A stretch of DNA of 64,000 nt from Antechinus flavipes (Eukaryota): NCBI RefSeq assembly GCF_016432865.1, contig NC_067400.1, forward strand, positions 13,206,001 to 13,270,000, in the 5' to 3' direction. The position numbers were made by a program, and so were the translations under genes. A model generated the notes under the pieces. It worked only from the letters and a program-made list of their open reading frames with translations. It had not been told where the DNA came from and ran no database searches. Positions 12,660 through 26,210 of the stretch are shown in pieces (position 1 is the stretch's first letter; each line of letters starts with the position of its first letter).

Positions 12660-12865
12660 ACATCTCCTCCTATTCCTTTTCTTCCTACTCTTCTTTCTTC
12701 CTTCCTTTCCTTCTCCTTCTCTTTCTCTTTCTCCTCCTCCTCTTCCTCCTCTTCCATCTCTTCCTTCTTTTCCTCCTCTTTCTCTTCATCCTCCTCCTCC
12801 TCCTTCTCATTTTTCTTCATCAAGTATAGAACTTCAAGTTCTCTTCATTCCTTTCCCTTCTTTTT
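12660..12865. repeat. Polypyrimidine low-complexity tract, (CTT/CTC)n-like
   Basis: About 200 bp almost entirely C/T; gives the spurious poly-E/K ORF 12572..12823. Confidence 0.9.
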
Positions 12866-13809
12866 TTTAGCTTTAACTTTAAAAATTATATCTAATGGAT
12901 TGAGAATTTTTTTTACTTTGAATCCTGGTATATATACAATTTGTATTACATTTGTTAAAAATCCTTGTACATTCGGGATACCCTACTCTATAAAATTTTG
13001 CTTTAAACTTCTGAAATGTGTTATAGTGGGCACAAATTCAGTCAAATAGTATTATTTATTGAATACACACTTTGTGCCAGGCACTGTGCTAAGTACTGGG
13101 GATATAAAAAGAGACAAATCTATTAAAGTTTCCCTCTAGGAAAATCCCTCCAAAAATGTGCTATATTGATGATATAAGGGTACAGGATCAGAACTGGACC
13201 TGGAGTTTCTGAGACTTGCGTTAAGGAAACACCCCCTCCCCATTGAAGTCAGTAGTTGTTTGCAGTTTCTAATCTCTGTGAGCTGCTTAGAGCAGAGAGA
13301 GATTAAGTACCTGTCACAACAATCAGTATTTGCAGAGATACAATTCTGAATCCAAGCTGTCTTGGCTCTGAAGTAAGCTTTCTACCTTGATGTCTTTCTT
13401 TTGATACTCTATTGATAATTAAGAAGGGAAATGATTTTGGAGTTTGAGGGACTTTTTGGATAGAGTTCCTCTTTTTCTTCCTTTTTCTCTATCTCCTCTT
13501 GTTCAATCATTTAGATATCTAGGGCATATGTTGATCAAAGTAATTTTAGTGGAGTGTCTGGATACAAAAATGGATATATATATATGAATGTATGTAAATG
13601 GCTGATCAATATTTTTAATAAACCATTCATTTCCTAATTGCCAAGTTACTTTGCTATTCTTGTTCAAAATACTCCTCACTTCTGATCTCCTGGAGCAATT
13701 AGAATATTAATTTTTTTTAACAGTAGGTCACATAATCAATATTTCTGATGTGTGTGAGATGCGATTAAAATAATAACAATGACTAATTTAGCTAAGACAG
13801 GACATATAA

Positions 13810-13935
13810 GAAAAAAGCTAAATGGAAGGTCATTGAGTCAGAATGGCCTGGGTTCAAGTTATATCTCTGAAACATATAAGTTACAGGATTATGGACAAGT
13901 CATTAGTGTCCCAGGTCTTAAGGATTATCAGTTAC
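13810..13935 (+). mobile_element. MIR-type SINE fragment abutting the BovB tail
   Basis: 'gagtcagaatggcctgggttcaag...ggacaagtcattag'. Confidence 0.55.
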
Positions 13936-13939
13936 AGAT

Positions 13940-16505
13940 AGGTTATTATTGTTGTTTTTGTTGTTCAGCCATGTCCAACTCTTCATATTCATGGGGAGCA
14001 CAACAAACCAGGACCTTAAATCCTCCACTATTTCTTTCAATATGTTTAAAATTTATTCCAAGACACCATCTTGTTTTCTGCTGATCTACTCTTTCATCTT
14101 CAGTCCTTTTCAGCATCAGGGCCTTTTCTAATGAGTCCTGTCTTATTTGATAGGCCAGAGTCTTTAATCTTCCACATCAGTATTTGGCCTTAAAGTGAAT
14201 ATCCTGAATTAATTTCTCTGAAGTATTGACTAATTTGATCTTCTTGCTATCCAAGGGAGTATCCAAAGTCTTCACTTTTACTACAATTTAGAAATGTTGA
14301 TTCTGCAGAACTCAACTTTATTTATAACCCAACTACCACTAACATACATCAATAGTGAAAAAAAAAAAAACATGGCTTTGACCATATGGATCTTTGTTAG
14401 CAAGGTGATGTTTCTATTTTTAGTATGTTCTCCAGATTTTCCAAAGCTTTCCTTCCAAGGCACAAGCATCTTTTAATTTCAGGGTGGCAGTGATCTTTGC
14501 ACCCAAGAATATAAAATCGGACACTGCTTCCCTATCTTCTCCCTTTACTTGCCAGGGAGTGATGAGTCCAGTTGCAATGATCTTAAGTTTTTGATATTAA
14601 GCTTCAGGCCTGTTTTATGTTCTTCTTTCACCTTCATTAAGAGGTTTCTTAATTCCTTTTCACTTTCTGCCATCATAATAATATCTACATATCTGAGATT
14701 GTTGATATTTCCCCCAGAAGCCTTAATTACAGGTTTTGATTTATTCAAGTTGTTATTCTGCTTGATGTCATTCTGAATATTAATTAAATAAATATTGTGA
14801 TGATATATAGCTTTTTCAAACTTCTTTTCTAATCTTAAAGAAATTGGTTGTTTGAAGTTGTTTCTTGGTCTACAAACATGTTCTTCAGGAAACAAATAAG
14901 AGAACTGGTGTGTGTGTGTGTGTGTGTGTGTGATCCATACAGTCAAAGTCTTTAGTATGGTCAATGAAGCAGAAGTAGATTTTTTTTTCTGGAATTCCCT
15001 TATTTTTTTCATAATCCAGCAAATGTTGGTAAATTGGTTTCTATTTCCTCTGTCTCTACAAAAACTAGCCTGCTCTTCTGATAATTCACAATTTACTGAA
15101 CTGAAATCGAACTTGAAGAATCTTAAGGATAATTTTGCTGATTTATATACTTAGTTCAATTTTTGGACAATTAGAACATTCTTTGGCATTGCTCTTCGTT
15201 AGAACTGGAATATAAACCGATCTTTTCCAATCTAGTGGCCACTGTTTGCTGGAATATTGAATGTAGCACATTAACAATCTCATCTTTTAGGGTTCTAACT
15301 AGCTCAGTGGGAATTCTCTTACTTCCACTAGCTTTATTGTTAGAAATATTTCAAAAGGCCCACTTGCTTTCATTCTTTAGGATGTCGTACTCTATAACCA
15401 CTGATGTAATTATTGGTGATGTTCAGATCTTTCTTGCATAGTTCTTTTGTGTATTATTGCCACCTTCTTTTTTGTTACATTTCTACCATTTTTGCCTTTT
15501 ATCATGTGCATTCTGCATGGAACTTTCTCTTGATAACTCGAATTTTCTTGAAAAGATTGATTGTCTTTCCCATTATCTTCTTATTTTCTTCTATTTCTTT
15601 GCATTGCTCATTTAAGAATGATCAATTCTTATCTCTCCTTGCTATTCTCTGGAATTCTTCATTCCTTTTCTCCTTCCCCTTTTGCTTTTATTGTTTTTCT
15701 TCTTCAGCTCTTTGTAAAGCCTCATTAGACAGTCATTTGCTTTCTTGCTTTTCTTTTTCTTTGAAACTTTTTATTGTTGTTGTTGCTACTTCCTATATAA
15801 TATTGAGAACTATGGTCCATAGTTCTTCAGATATTCTTTCTACCAGATCTAATCCTTTAAATCCATTCATAACCTTCCGTTTATATTCATTAGGGATGTT
15901 ATTTAGGTCATTGGAAAAGAAATTGGAAAAAGCATACATATATCGTCTGATAATTTCCCATGCTTCCTTTAGTGTAAGTTAGAATTTTTCGATAGAATTT
16001 TTCAATTTTTCAATTTTCAATTTCATGATCTGACCCACAGTCAGTTCCAGTTGGCTTTGGTTGCAAAATATATAATCAATTTGATTTCTGTGTTGACAAT
16101 CTGGTGACATCCATGTATTGAGTTGCTTTTTTGGGTTGTTGAAAAGGAGTGTTTGTGCTTGACTATATCTAGCTTACCTTCCTTCAGAGATCTTCCATTC
16201 CAGGTTCCTATGAAATATTGATCTTTACAACATTAAGCTTTCCTTTCATCACCAGATGCATCTGTAGCTGAGCTTCCTTTCCATTTTGACCCAGTTACTT
16301 TAGTAGTATTGGAACTACTTATAGCCATCCTCTGCTCTTCTTCAGTAATATTTTAGACACCTTCTGACCTGAAAGACTCATCTTCTAATATCATCTCTTT
16401 CATAATTTTAGTAGTATCTTTTGAGGGATTTTCTTAGCAAAGATACTAGAGTAATTTGCTATTTCCTTCACCTTTTGTGAAGGGTCACCTTTCGTTAGAC
16501 CTCTC
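13940..16505 (-). mobile_element. BovB-type RTE LINE, decayed, about 2.5 kb
   Basis: Antisense (CAA)n-type tail at 13940; ORF 14545..15012 contains GNINNLRYVDIIMMAESEKELRNLLMKVKEE, matching BovB RT NINNLRYADDTTLMAESEEEL; (TG)n at 14909-14932 inside. Confidence 0.9.
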
Positions 16506-16732
16506 CTATAACCATATTTGATCCAATGAACAGGATAGTCAGAATGTAGGAAGTTGAAGCAGTACCCTCAAAAACTAAAAAAGTTCTGGCTTTCTGTGCA
16601 ATTGCATTTATTCCTAAGAAAACAGAATCTGTTTGTAAATCTTTTGCCTAGCCTTAGAGGAAAACATGATACTAACTAAACTGATTTACATTGAGCATAA
16701 GACAACTTTGGGCCCTCTGGCTCTTACAGGTG

Positions 16733-17140
16733 TGTAATGACCACGTATTTAAAATCAGCTGGAATCAGGAATTCAGGTTAAGGGAAAAATCTTCAATCTT
16801 TATTGACGTGAAGAGGTGAATAAGGATTGTGATAGAAAATATAGGCAAGAAAGATTGTGATAGCAGTTGCGACAGGAAGCCAGCTAACAGAGGGGGAATC
16901 TGAGCTGAAAGGTCGTCGCAATGGCAAAAGCAAGCAGTCTCTCCTCCCCTTCCTTTCCCACTCCCCTGCCTCCACCCACCAAAATCGTCATTTCCTATAC
17001 AACACATCAGGACTTGCACAAAGAGTGGGCGGGGGCCATTCTTTCTCCAAGCTTATATATTAATAGAGTATGGTCCAATTACTATTTAGCCTCATGTGCT
17101 TGGGACCTCAGTGCATCATCTCAAGCCTCAGCCCATTACA
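16733..17140 (-). mobile_element. ERV solo LTR, 408 bp
   Basis: Ends tgtaatg...cattaca (7-bp perfect inverted termini); 6-bp TSD caggtg at 16727-16732 and 17141-17146; minus-strand AATAAA near 16798-16803; CpGs retained. Confidence 0.92.
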
Positions 17141-17679
17141 CAGGTGAGACCCATAGGTAATCTTTCTAAAAAAAGTATGGGAAAGATTTGAGCAGATCCC
17201 TATTTGATCTACTGGAATGAAGAAAAGTGTTCAATGTCTTGGAATATTCTTTCAAAAAGGAATTTTTTTCTTTAATCCCTATGATTCAGGTGGAATAAAG
17301 AAATCATTCTTTCAAAGGAAAAGCATATTTAAAGCAGACTTAACTGCAGCTACAAATGAAAGAAGCTCCACAGGCTCTTGCTATTGCAATATATTGAATC
17401 CAATGACAAGGCAGTGATCTGGGGGTGGATACTAATGTGTACTAGTGAAGGACATTTCTATGACAATAATTCTCTCAACACATGACATCACAGATCCAGA
17501 TCAATGAAAAGAAAAAAAAATCTGTCTTCTATTGTAATCCCAAGTGGCTATTCAGATGCCTTTACAAGATAGTCATTGTTGGTGGCTGTTTAGGCTTAAT
17601 TATTCTATTAGTTCTTAGATACTAACAACTTAATTTGATTTTTCCAAAAACCTCAAATGACATTGCATCATTGAATGAT

Positions 17680-17880
17680 TTGGAGGTATCTAGATGACTC
17701 AATGGGTAGAACACTGGGCCTGGACTTTAAAAGACTGGAATTCAAGCCAGGCCTCAGGTCACTACATCTCTTTTTGTCTTAATTAATTGGAGAAGGAAAT
17801 GGCAAATCACTCCAGTATCCTTGACAGGATACTGTGGTATTATGAAGAGTCAGACATGACTGAACCACTGAACTACAATA
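17680..17880 (+). mobile_element. Mar-1-type CORE-SINE with BovB-like tail
   Basis: tRNA-like head 'ctagatgactcaatgggtagaacactgggcctgg'; tail 'ggagaaggaaatggcaaatcactccagtatc...gaagagtcagacatgactgaac'. Confidence 0.8.
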
Positions 17881-18329
17881 GTGAATTAGTAATACCTTGC
17901 AGTCAGGTATTACTCCTTTGATTTAAGGACTATTTGCCAAGAGCATATAAAAAATCATCTTAAAACTATCCTAAATATTAGCTTAATGAGTTGATTTGAG
18001 ATTCTTAAACTACATACACATAACAAATGGAAAAAATGGAAAGGTCAGTCAGTTAGTCAGAGAGTATTCATTAAGTGCTTATTATGTGGCAAGCAGTGTG
18101 CTAAAGGTTGGGAATACAAATACAAACAAGAAAAACAATTTCTGGCCCTAAGAAGCTTAGTTTCCAAGGGGGAAAGACACATAAAAGTATTCTGGAAGTC
18201 ATGGTGAGATAATGGGGAATGAAGGTACCAAGCAAAGGGATATTGTAGAAGAAGGCTAGAATATAGTTTTGTGAGAAATAAAGGTATTAACAGCTAGGCA
18301 AGAAGTACAACATAGATAAGTTGGAGACT

Positions 18330-18990
18330 ATCCAGAAAGGAAAGGCAATGGCAATGCTTGGATTTATGCCATAGGAGGATAAGTTGAAAGAAGTAGGGAT
18401 AGCACGGTGGGTAGTGTGTTAGACTTGGAAGTCAGCAAAACCAGGGCTGAAATTACATCTCATATACTTACTAGCTACATGACCATGGACAGATTATCTA
18501 ACCTCTCTGAATCTCAAATTCCTAATCGGAAAAAGGGGAAATAATAATAGCACCTCATGGGGATGCTGTGAAGACTAAATCAGTTAATTTTGCATTGCAT
18601 TTTGTGAACCCTAAAATTCTGCATAAAATACAAGTTATGATTATCATATTTAGCCTTGAGAGGATAAAACTGAGGAAGCATAGAGAGCTGTCTTCAATTA
18701 TCTGAAGGACTCTCATGTAGATCACAAATTATATTCTTTCTGTCTTGAAGGCAGAACTAGCTACAAAGGCTATAAGTTACAAAGAGTGAATATTCCCTAA
18801 CAGTGAAAACTGTCTCCATGAGGAGTGGGTTGCTCTTAGCAATAGGGGGATCCCTCTCTTTGGAAATCCTTAAATAATGCCTGAATGACCCCTTGCCAAG
18901 TACTTAGAAGAGGGGAGTCTTGTTCAGGTAGGGGTTGGACCAGATGGACGTTGAGATCCCTTGCACTTTTGACAATCAGTGATTCTGAGT
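18330..18990 (+). mobile_element. L3/CR1 LINE 3' region interrupted by a MIR (about 18400-18645)
   Basis: 'gtcttcaattatctgaaggactctcatg' and terminal 'ggttggaccagatggacgttgagatccc' match the CR1 3' end; the MIR core 'ctctgaatctcaaattcctaatcggaaaagggg' lies inside. Confidence 0.7.
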
Positions 18991-19569
18991 GTGCTTCTGG
19001 AAAATCAATGTGTCAAGCTGATAGCATGGCTAAAAAGGTAAGTTTATGCATTCTGAAACATGCTTGCACTTGGCATTCATTATTCCATATTAGATTATAA
19101 GCCCCATGGGAGCTGAGGGCACATCAGATATTGTTTAGATCAGCTAGCATTTAGGGTTATAAGCTTGGAATAACAATGAAAGAACATCCGCTTGAAAAAC
19201 AGAATGAATTAATTTAGATAAGCAGAACCAGAATTTCTGAACTTTAGTCAACACAAAGCAGACTTTGCTTCCTATAGAAAAATAGAGCAAAATCAAAATT
19301 GAAATCTATGGAGTTTTCTCTTTTGCAGTAAAAAGGGGAGAGCCAAGAATTATATTTAATTAAAATATATTGTTCATCTTGTTCAAACTACAGAAAGTCC
19401 TATTAAATATCTCTACTCCCAGTACCTAGAGTGTATTTCCTCTTCATCAACTCTCCATCTTGGAATTTTTAGCTTCTTTCAGGACTTGGCTCAGACACCA
19501 TTTCCAGGGCTGGGCTTTCTTGATCCCCCTAGATAGTGTTTTCTCTTACTCCTTTGAGTGGAAAACAGA

Positions 19570-19820
19570 GTCAGCTAGGTGGTACTGTGGCTAGAGCACT
19601 GGGATTAGAATAAGAAGAGCTGCATCCAAATCCGGATTCAGATATTAAATAGCTATGTCTCCCTGCACAAGTCATTCTGTTTGCCTCAGTTTCTTCAACT
19701 GTAAAATGTGGATAAGAAGCAAATCTACTTCAAAGGGTTGCTATTTTAGATCAAATCAAACAATATTTTTGAAGTTAGTTGCACTTCTATAGGAGATGCT
19801 ATAGAAATGCTTATTCCCTT
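19570..19820 (+). mobile_element. Marsupial MIR-type SINE
   Basis: 'gtcagctaggtggtactgtggctagagcactggg...tgcctcagtttcttcaactgtaaaatg'. Confidence 0.75.
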
Positions 19821-20989
19821 CCTGAAATTAATTTGAAATTATTCTGTGCATACATTGTATTTCCTTAAGTTTGTACATTCATGTCCCTGTAGTGGAATGT
19901 AAACTCCTCAATGGTAGGGTCCATATTTCCCTTAATCTTTATATCCCCTCCAGAATGTCTGAGATCTTGAAAGTCACAAATTCCTGGAATTATTCCACTC
20001 AAATTCTTCTAAACCTAAAACACTAACTCACACATAGTAGGTATTTAAGAAATATATGTTCAGTTGAAGTGAACTTCATAGGAAATTCAGGTATGGGTTG
20101 GACAGGATGACTTTCAGGTCCCTTATAAGTTGGAGAATGTATGAGGTTATGAGTGATGGCTGAATTATCTGGACAGCAAAAGGACATTTTGTTGTAAAAG
20201 GACACATTATCTGCAACAAATTTTAGACAAAATATTATCTCTCTGTTCCTTAAGGATTTTTTTGGCTTCTTAACTGTTCACAGATTCATTTTTTGATACT
20301 TTGACCAAGAATACTCACAATCTTGATATCCCACCTCAATATCCCATACTGGATATATGCTAATAAATGTTTAACATTGACTCTATGAAAAAGATGTACT
20401 TATGATACACATTTTTCATTTAGTCTACATTATTGACATTTTCCTACATCACTTTCTTCATGTCTAAACTGAAATGATAGATCAAGGCCAGAGTTGTTTG
20501 ATTTTCTGATTTCCAATGTACAAATATTTCCAATGAAAATGTCATGATTGGTTATCCTGAGCTTCTTAGGTTGATTCCAGAATACTCTTGCCCCTCAATC
20601 ACTTGGATGAGTGATCTCAGTCTTGCCCTTAATTTATGCCTGCCATTTTCTGGGTGATCTGTTGAGAATTATTCTGTGTCTGCCTCGAGGTTTCCAAAAT
20701 AACTGGTGTGTTTTGCCTTTGCCTTAGGTGACACATGATGATATCATCTGAAATCCCTCAAACAGAACTTGCAACTTCAAGGCCAGTATTCCTGCAATAA
20801 TTAATTTCCTACATTTGGGAGCTTCAGAGACTGCTGAGCTAAAACAACAGGTAGCTCAGGCTTCTAATTAGTTGCCTTACAGTATGTAGGAAATATTGAA
20901 AATTACAAATTTCTGGAAGCATCCCAATGTCCTCCTTGAAATATGTATCTAGTAAGTAATGGATCTTTTGGGGGCAAGTCACATGTTAG

Positions 20990-21240
20990 TGATTTTATTT
21001 GCATAATCTCAAATTGGTTTCCAAAATGGTCATGTCACATCATAGCTCTATCAACAGGGTAATAGTGGGTCTATTTTACTCCAACCCCTTAAGCAACATG
21101 ACTATTCCTATATTTTGTCATCTTTGCCAATTTGATGGGTGCAAGGTGAAATTTCAGGGTTGCTTTACTTTGTGTTTCTTTTATAATCAGTAAATTGAAG
21201 CATTCTTTCACATAGTTATAACAATTTGATCTTTTGACAA
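20990..21240 (-). mobile_element. Old L1 ORF2 3' fragment
   Basis: 'tgtcatctttgccaatttgatgggtgcaaggtgaaatttcagggttgctttactttg'. Confidence 0.7.
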
Positions 21241-21739
21241 GCAGGGAATTCTTTCATCAATTTAAATAGCATTTATTAAATGCCTATTATTTTCAAGACA
21301 CTGTGCCAAACCCTGGGAATAAAAATTAGGAAAAAAAAGACACTCCTTGCCTTCAAAAACTTGCAATTAATATACGAGATAGCTTAAAAGTGGGAAGGCA
21401 TAGGAAATGATAACCACCAGGACATACCTGACATATGATATTCAGTGAAGTCTTGAGAAATCTGTTGTTCTGCCCTCCAGCCCTCTGATTAGAGAGGAAA
21501 AACCACTGGGAAAGTTGAGAAGATCTTAAGTTTCAAAATCTGATACAGTCTGCATGGTTATGATATTTCAGGTAATAAGCTTGTTTTGGGGGAGGCATGA
21601 TATCCCCAAGAAATACTGATGGAAAATAGTTAAAATTTTGAAATATTATCAAATGAGATAAAATTGATAAAATGTTTAACAGTGTCTGGCATATGACAGT
21701 ACTATATAAATGCTATTGATATTATTATTTATTAAGTAA

Positions 21740-24700
21740 TTTTTTTAGGGTTTTAGAATACTGGGTAATTGTGTTTCATCATTTCTGATTCTTCCCTGTT
21801 TAGACTGTTTTTTGATCTATTTGTATGCTTTTAAGGCTTATTTATAATATGATATAAATAAGTTTTATAATATAATATAATACCTGAAATAAAATATAAC
21901 AATATAATATAATGCCTGAAATAGAATATAACATCATATCATATAATATGATGCCTGAAAGTGCTATACAGCCCTTGATTTCTGCCATTTTCATTATTTC
22001 CCTTAAAATTCTAGATTTTGTTTTTCTAAATGGATTTTCAAACATAATTTTTGTTGAATTCTATAAATTATTTTAATGGCTTGATTGGTATAGCATCAAC
22101 ACCAAAAATTAATTTTGGTAGTCTTGTCATTTTTATTTTATTGGCCTAGCAATGAACACTGGACATATTTTTTATAACGCTTTTTATTTTCAAACAGTTT
22201 TCACTCTTTTTACCCTTTCACCCTTTCAAAAACTTGTGTTCCAAATTTTTATGTCTCTCTCTTCACCTGCTCTTCAACTAAACTGCAAAAATCCAAATAA
22301 ATGTTTGATATGTGCAATTCTTCTATACATATTTCTACAATCATCATGCTACATAAGAAAATCATATCAAAAAGAAAAAAATGAGAAAGAAAACAAAATG
22401 CAAACACACCACAAAAAAGTGAAAATACTATGTTGTGATCTACACTTAGCCCCCACAATCCTCTTTCTGGATGCAGATGGCTTTCTTTATCACAACACCA
22501 TTGGAACTGGCCTAAATCACCTTGATTTTGAAAAAAGACGTCTATCAGAATTGATCATTGTATAATCTTGTTGTGTGTACAATGTTATCTTGATTCTACT
22601 CACTTTACTTATGGATGCATATTTTTAAGGATATAATTTCCCCTCAAGTATTGCTTTAGAATTCCAGAAACTTATTTATGTTGTTTAATCATTATTATAT
22701 ATGCCTTTCACACAATTATAAAAGGGAAAGGAAAGGGGAGAGGAATTAACATTTATATAGTTTCCATATGAATGTTAATGTGCCAGATGTTGATCTCAAT
22801 GCTATTCAACATTTCATTAAATCCCTCCATTTGAGCATATGACTTTTGTTATGCTTTTGAACAGATTATTATTTTTATTATATTATGGCTAGTAAAGATG
22901 TGTTTGAAATTTCTGCTTTAAAAAGGAAAACCATTTATTTGCAATGTCTCTGAACTAGTACATGGTCAATTTTTTTGGATATGTACCATAGGATACAGAA
23001 AAATACATTTATATTTTCATGGTCCTTTTTGATAAATGTTATAATTTTTTTTTAGCTTTAGCTTCTCACCCCTTTTTTGAATTGCTTTTTTTGGAAGCAA
23101 TTTGCTTCAATTCTATATATTCCCTTTGTTCATTTTTTACTTAGATTCAAATGAGAGACAGAGAGAGATTCACACACACACACACACACACACACGCACT
23201 CACACACACACACAGCCTCCTGAAATAATTTTGTCACTATATTTTCTCATTACAATTAAGTTTTAATTTGTTGATTTAGTTGCTAAGACATTTGGAAGAT
23301 ATAAATTTAATACCAATATTGGCTCATTTGCAATGATGCCTTTCTGCATAATCCAATTTCCTTGTTAATCTCAATATTGGGACTTTTTTTTTCTTTCTCT
23401 GATAGCATGACCGTGACTTTTACTTTTCTTTTGATTTATATGGTGCAATTTTATTCCCTCCTCTCATATTTATTGAGTATATGTCTTTGTTTTACATGTT
23501 TCTTTTAAGCAAAAGCTTCTGATTATTCAATAAATTCCTTTTTCTTTTTATGGGATTTTTTAGCCCATTCACATTTAGAGTTATAAATTAAGTGTATATA
23601 TTCCTCCCAGTTTAGATCTACTAGAGGTTTTTTTTTAATTAGGATTTTTTGGCACCTCTTATTAAAAAACAAAACAAAACAAAAATACTATTTTTGTCTC
23701 CAGCTTTTTTGTTCTTAACTTTATTAAAGCTCCTGAAAGGTTCTCTTCCATTCACCAAAATACCTTCCCTTCCTCTTTGCCACCTTTCTCCTTACTTTGG
23801 TTGAGTTTTCTTTCCCCCTTCCCTTTATTGGTTATCTAATTCTTCACTCTTTGTTTCCCTCTCAGTCAAATAGTTAATGAAAATTCTTTGTCTCCTACTT
23901 TCTTTTGTTTTTCATGGAATTCAAGGGAATCATGGAGAGCATCTAAACTATCTAATTTTAATTCCCTCTCATAAACAGTTATTTTATTATAATTGAAATC
24001 TTGCCCCCTCTTCCATTTTTTTTCTATTGTGTCTTACTTTTAAAGTGCCAATTCCTGCAGATAACACAGAATAGAACCATTGCCCTATGGTAGAAATTTC
24101 CTGTGTCCTGTACTGTATGGTCCAAATCTACTTCTTTTCTTCCCCATGGCTATTTTGTTTTTTTATTCATCATGAAACATTGTTTTTGCATTTATGTTTT
24201 CACATCTTTTTGGATGTCAATTCCTCCAAGAACCAATTTCCTTTCTTCTGAGGCAGAATTTTACTCATAATGGCACAGTAGTCTCTCAGAAGCAGTGGTC
24301 TCTCTGACCAGGAAACCTTTGTAGATTATGCACATTGCAGTCTCTAGAGATGGGATAATTCATTCTGTTATTATTTCTTATTTTGGTAGTTGTAATTATT
24401 TTTAAAGTTTCCTCTAGGTTTGTAATATTCTGATAATGAGTATTCACACCCTCAAATATATTATATGCTATGTATTTCTTTTTGTATTTTTGGTCACCTT
24501 TCTTTTGTGAGTTTAATTAAAAATATATATCTATAAATTTATAGATATAGATAGATATAGATTGTTAAATATCATTATGATTTGTCTCTTTATCCATTAT
24601 ACAATCTCTTTATCTGATTCTTTTGATATTGGGGGGATCGAATTAAACTTTACTTGATCTTAGTTTTACCGCTTTTGCTATTTTAAAAATATTCATATTT

Positions 24701-25100
24701 GAATGAGATATTTTAGGTTAATCTTAATCTAAATTTGAGTTAATCCATGGATGTTCAAAATTAATTGCATTTAATTGATATTTTTCATTAACTATAGTTC
24801 CCACCTTCATTTTGTAATTGTTTTCTTTCAATAAGAGAAGTGAAATAATTTACATTTTATAAGAAGTTATTAATTTTTATTTGGATTCTGGCATTTCCCC
24901 CCACTTTTTCTTGGTGTTGTCTAAAGGGAAAGAAAAGTCTTTTTCTTCTGTAATTTTTTAAATTAATAACACTATATGCTAAACCAAGATAAATTTGCCT
25001 TATATACTCCTAACTATTAATGATTGATCTTGCTTTTGTAAGACAAGACTTGTTCTTCTAAGATTTAATTCTATTCAACAACAAATATATACGTATATAG
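21740..25100 (-). mobile_element. Highly decayed old L1 (ORF2/ORF1 side)
   Basis: T-rich antisense L1 motifs such as 'ggatataatttcccctcaagtattgctttag' and 'tttagcccattcacatttagagttata'; contains AT minisatellite 21840-21970 and (CA)n 23172-23214. Confidence 0.65.
22170..22612 (-). mobile_element. Younger L1 3' end nested in old L1
   Basis: 'ctatgttgtgatctacacttag...ctggatgcagatggc...tcagaattgatcattg'; candidate TSD catattttt on both sides. Confidence 0.8.
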
Positions 25101-25144
25101 ATACATATATGTACACACACATATATCATATATCTCTATCAAAC

Positions 25145-25322
25145 NNNNNNNNNNNNNNNNNNNNNNNNNNNNNNNNNNNNNNNNNNNNNNNNNNNNNNNN
25201 NNNNNNNNNNNNNNNNNNNNNNNNNNNNNNNNNNNNNNNNNNNNNNNNNNNNNNNNNNNNNNNNNNNNNNNNNNNNNNNNNNNNNNNNNNNNNNNNNNNN
25301 NNNNNNNNNNNNNNNNNNNNNN
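25145..25322. other. Assembly gap (178 N)
   Basis: Run of N, preceded by (TA/CA)-rich low-complexity sequence. Confidence 1.
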
Positions 25323-25874
25323 TAAGAGACTGCAGTTTTCATCAGATTTAAGCCTTTGTAGCTACTCTGCAATATTTGGGAGATATCTGTCAAACTAACA
25401 CATCTGCTATTTTTTTCAGACACTACTTAATAAAAGTAATAAAACATGCCTGTCCCACTTAATCATACCCACAGCAAAAGATTATTACTCTACAGACAAC
25501 ATAGCTATTAACCATGCAGCAACTCCTACACAGTTTATTGAAAAGGTAGCATACTTCAGCCATTTGATAGTAGGCTAGTGGAATTGGCTTTTCTGTCTAT
25601 TGTCCCAGTTCTTCATATTTACATGGTCAGTATATAAGTATTGTCTTCTAGTAGCAGATTCTCTTCTTCATGTCACATTAAAAGCATGTAGGCATATTTT
25701 ACTTTAAGAAAAATCAGAAAACACACACATATGTATCCTCCCAAACATAGTAGAATATAAACTCTCTGAGGGAAGGAATTGCTTTTGGTTTTTCTCAGTA
25801 GAACAGTGCCTGTCACATAGTAGGACTTATGAAATGCTTACTTACCTGAGCAAGATTGAATAGGTGCCATGAAG

Positions 25875-26030
25875 GTATGATCCTGGGTAAGTCACTTAAT
25901 TTTGTTTGCCTCAGTTTCCTCTTCTGTGAAAGGAGCTAGGGAAATAAATGGCAAACCAATTCAGGTTCTTTGCCAAGAAAACCACAAATAAGGTCATGAA
26001 GAATCAGACATGAGTGAAAAGCAAATGAAC
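25875..26030 (+). mobile_element. Mar-1-type CORE-SINE
   Basis: 'cctgggtaagtcacttaat...gcctcagtttcctc...aaatggcaaaccaattcagg...gaagaatcagacatg'. Confidence 0.75.
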
Positions 26031-26210
26031 ATATGGCTAAATGGAAACTGAGGTGCTAGTTGCTGAGCCCCTTAAAATTAGGAAAACATACTGGAAGGAG
26101 CCATATTAGCTAATGGCAATAGAGAAAAACCCATTCAGTGCTTTTGGGAGGAGATGGAACCTGCTTCTCCTGAGAGAGTGGGGCCAGAGTATACATGCTA
26201 CATTGGTTTT

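Noticed and set aside
12572-12823. Poly-E/K ORF resembling an acidic protein
   Set aside because: Translation of a simple (GAA/GAG)n tract with no splice or promoter support.
15413-15982. Longest ORF in the track (189 aa, + strand)
   Set aside because: It is the antisense reading of the BovB ORF; the F/L/S/I-rich composition comes from T-rich antisense LINE sequence.
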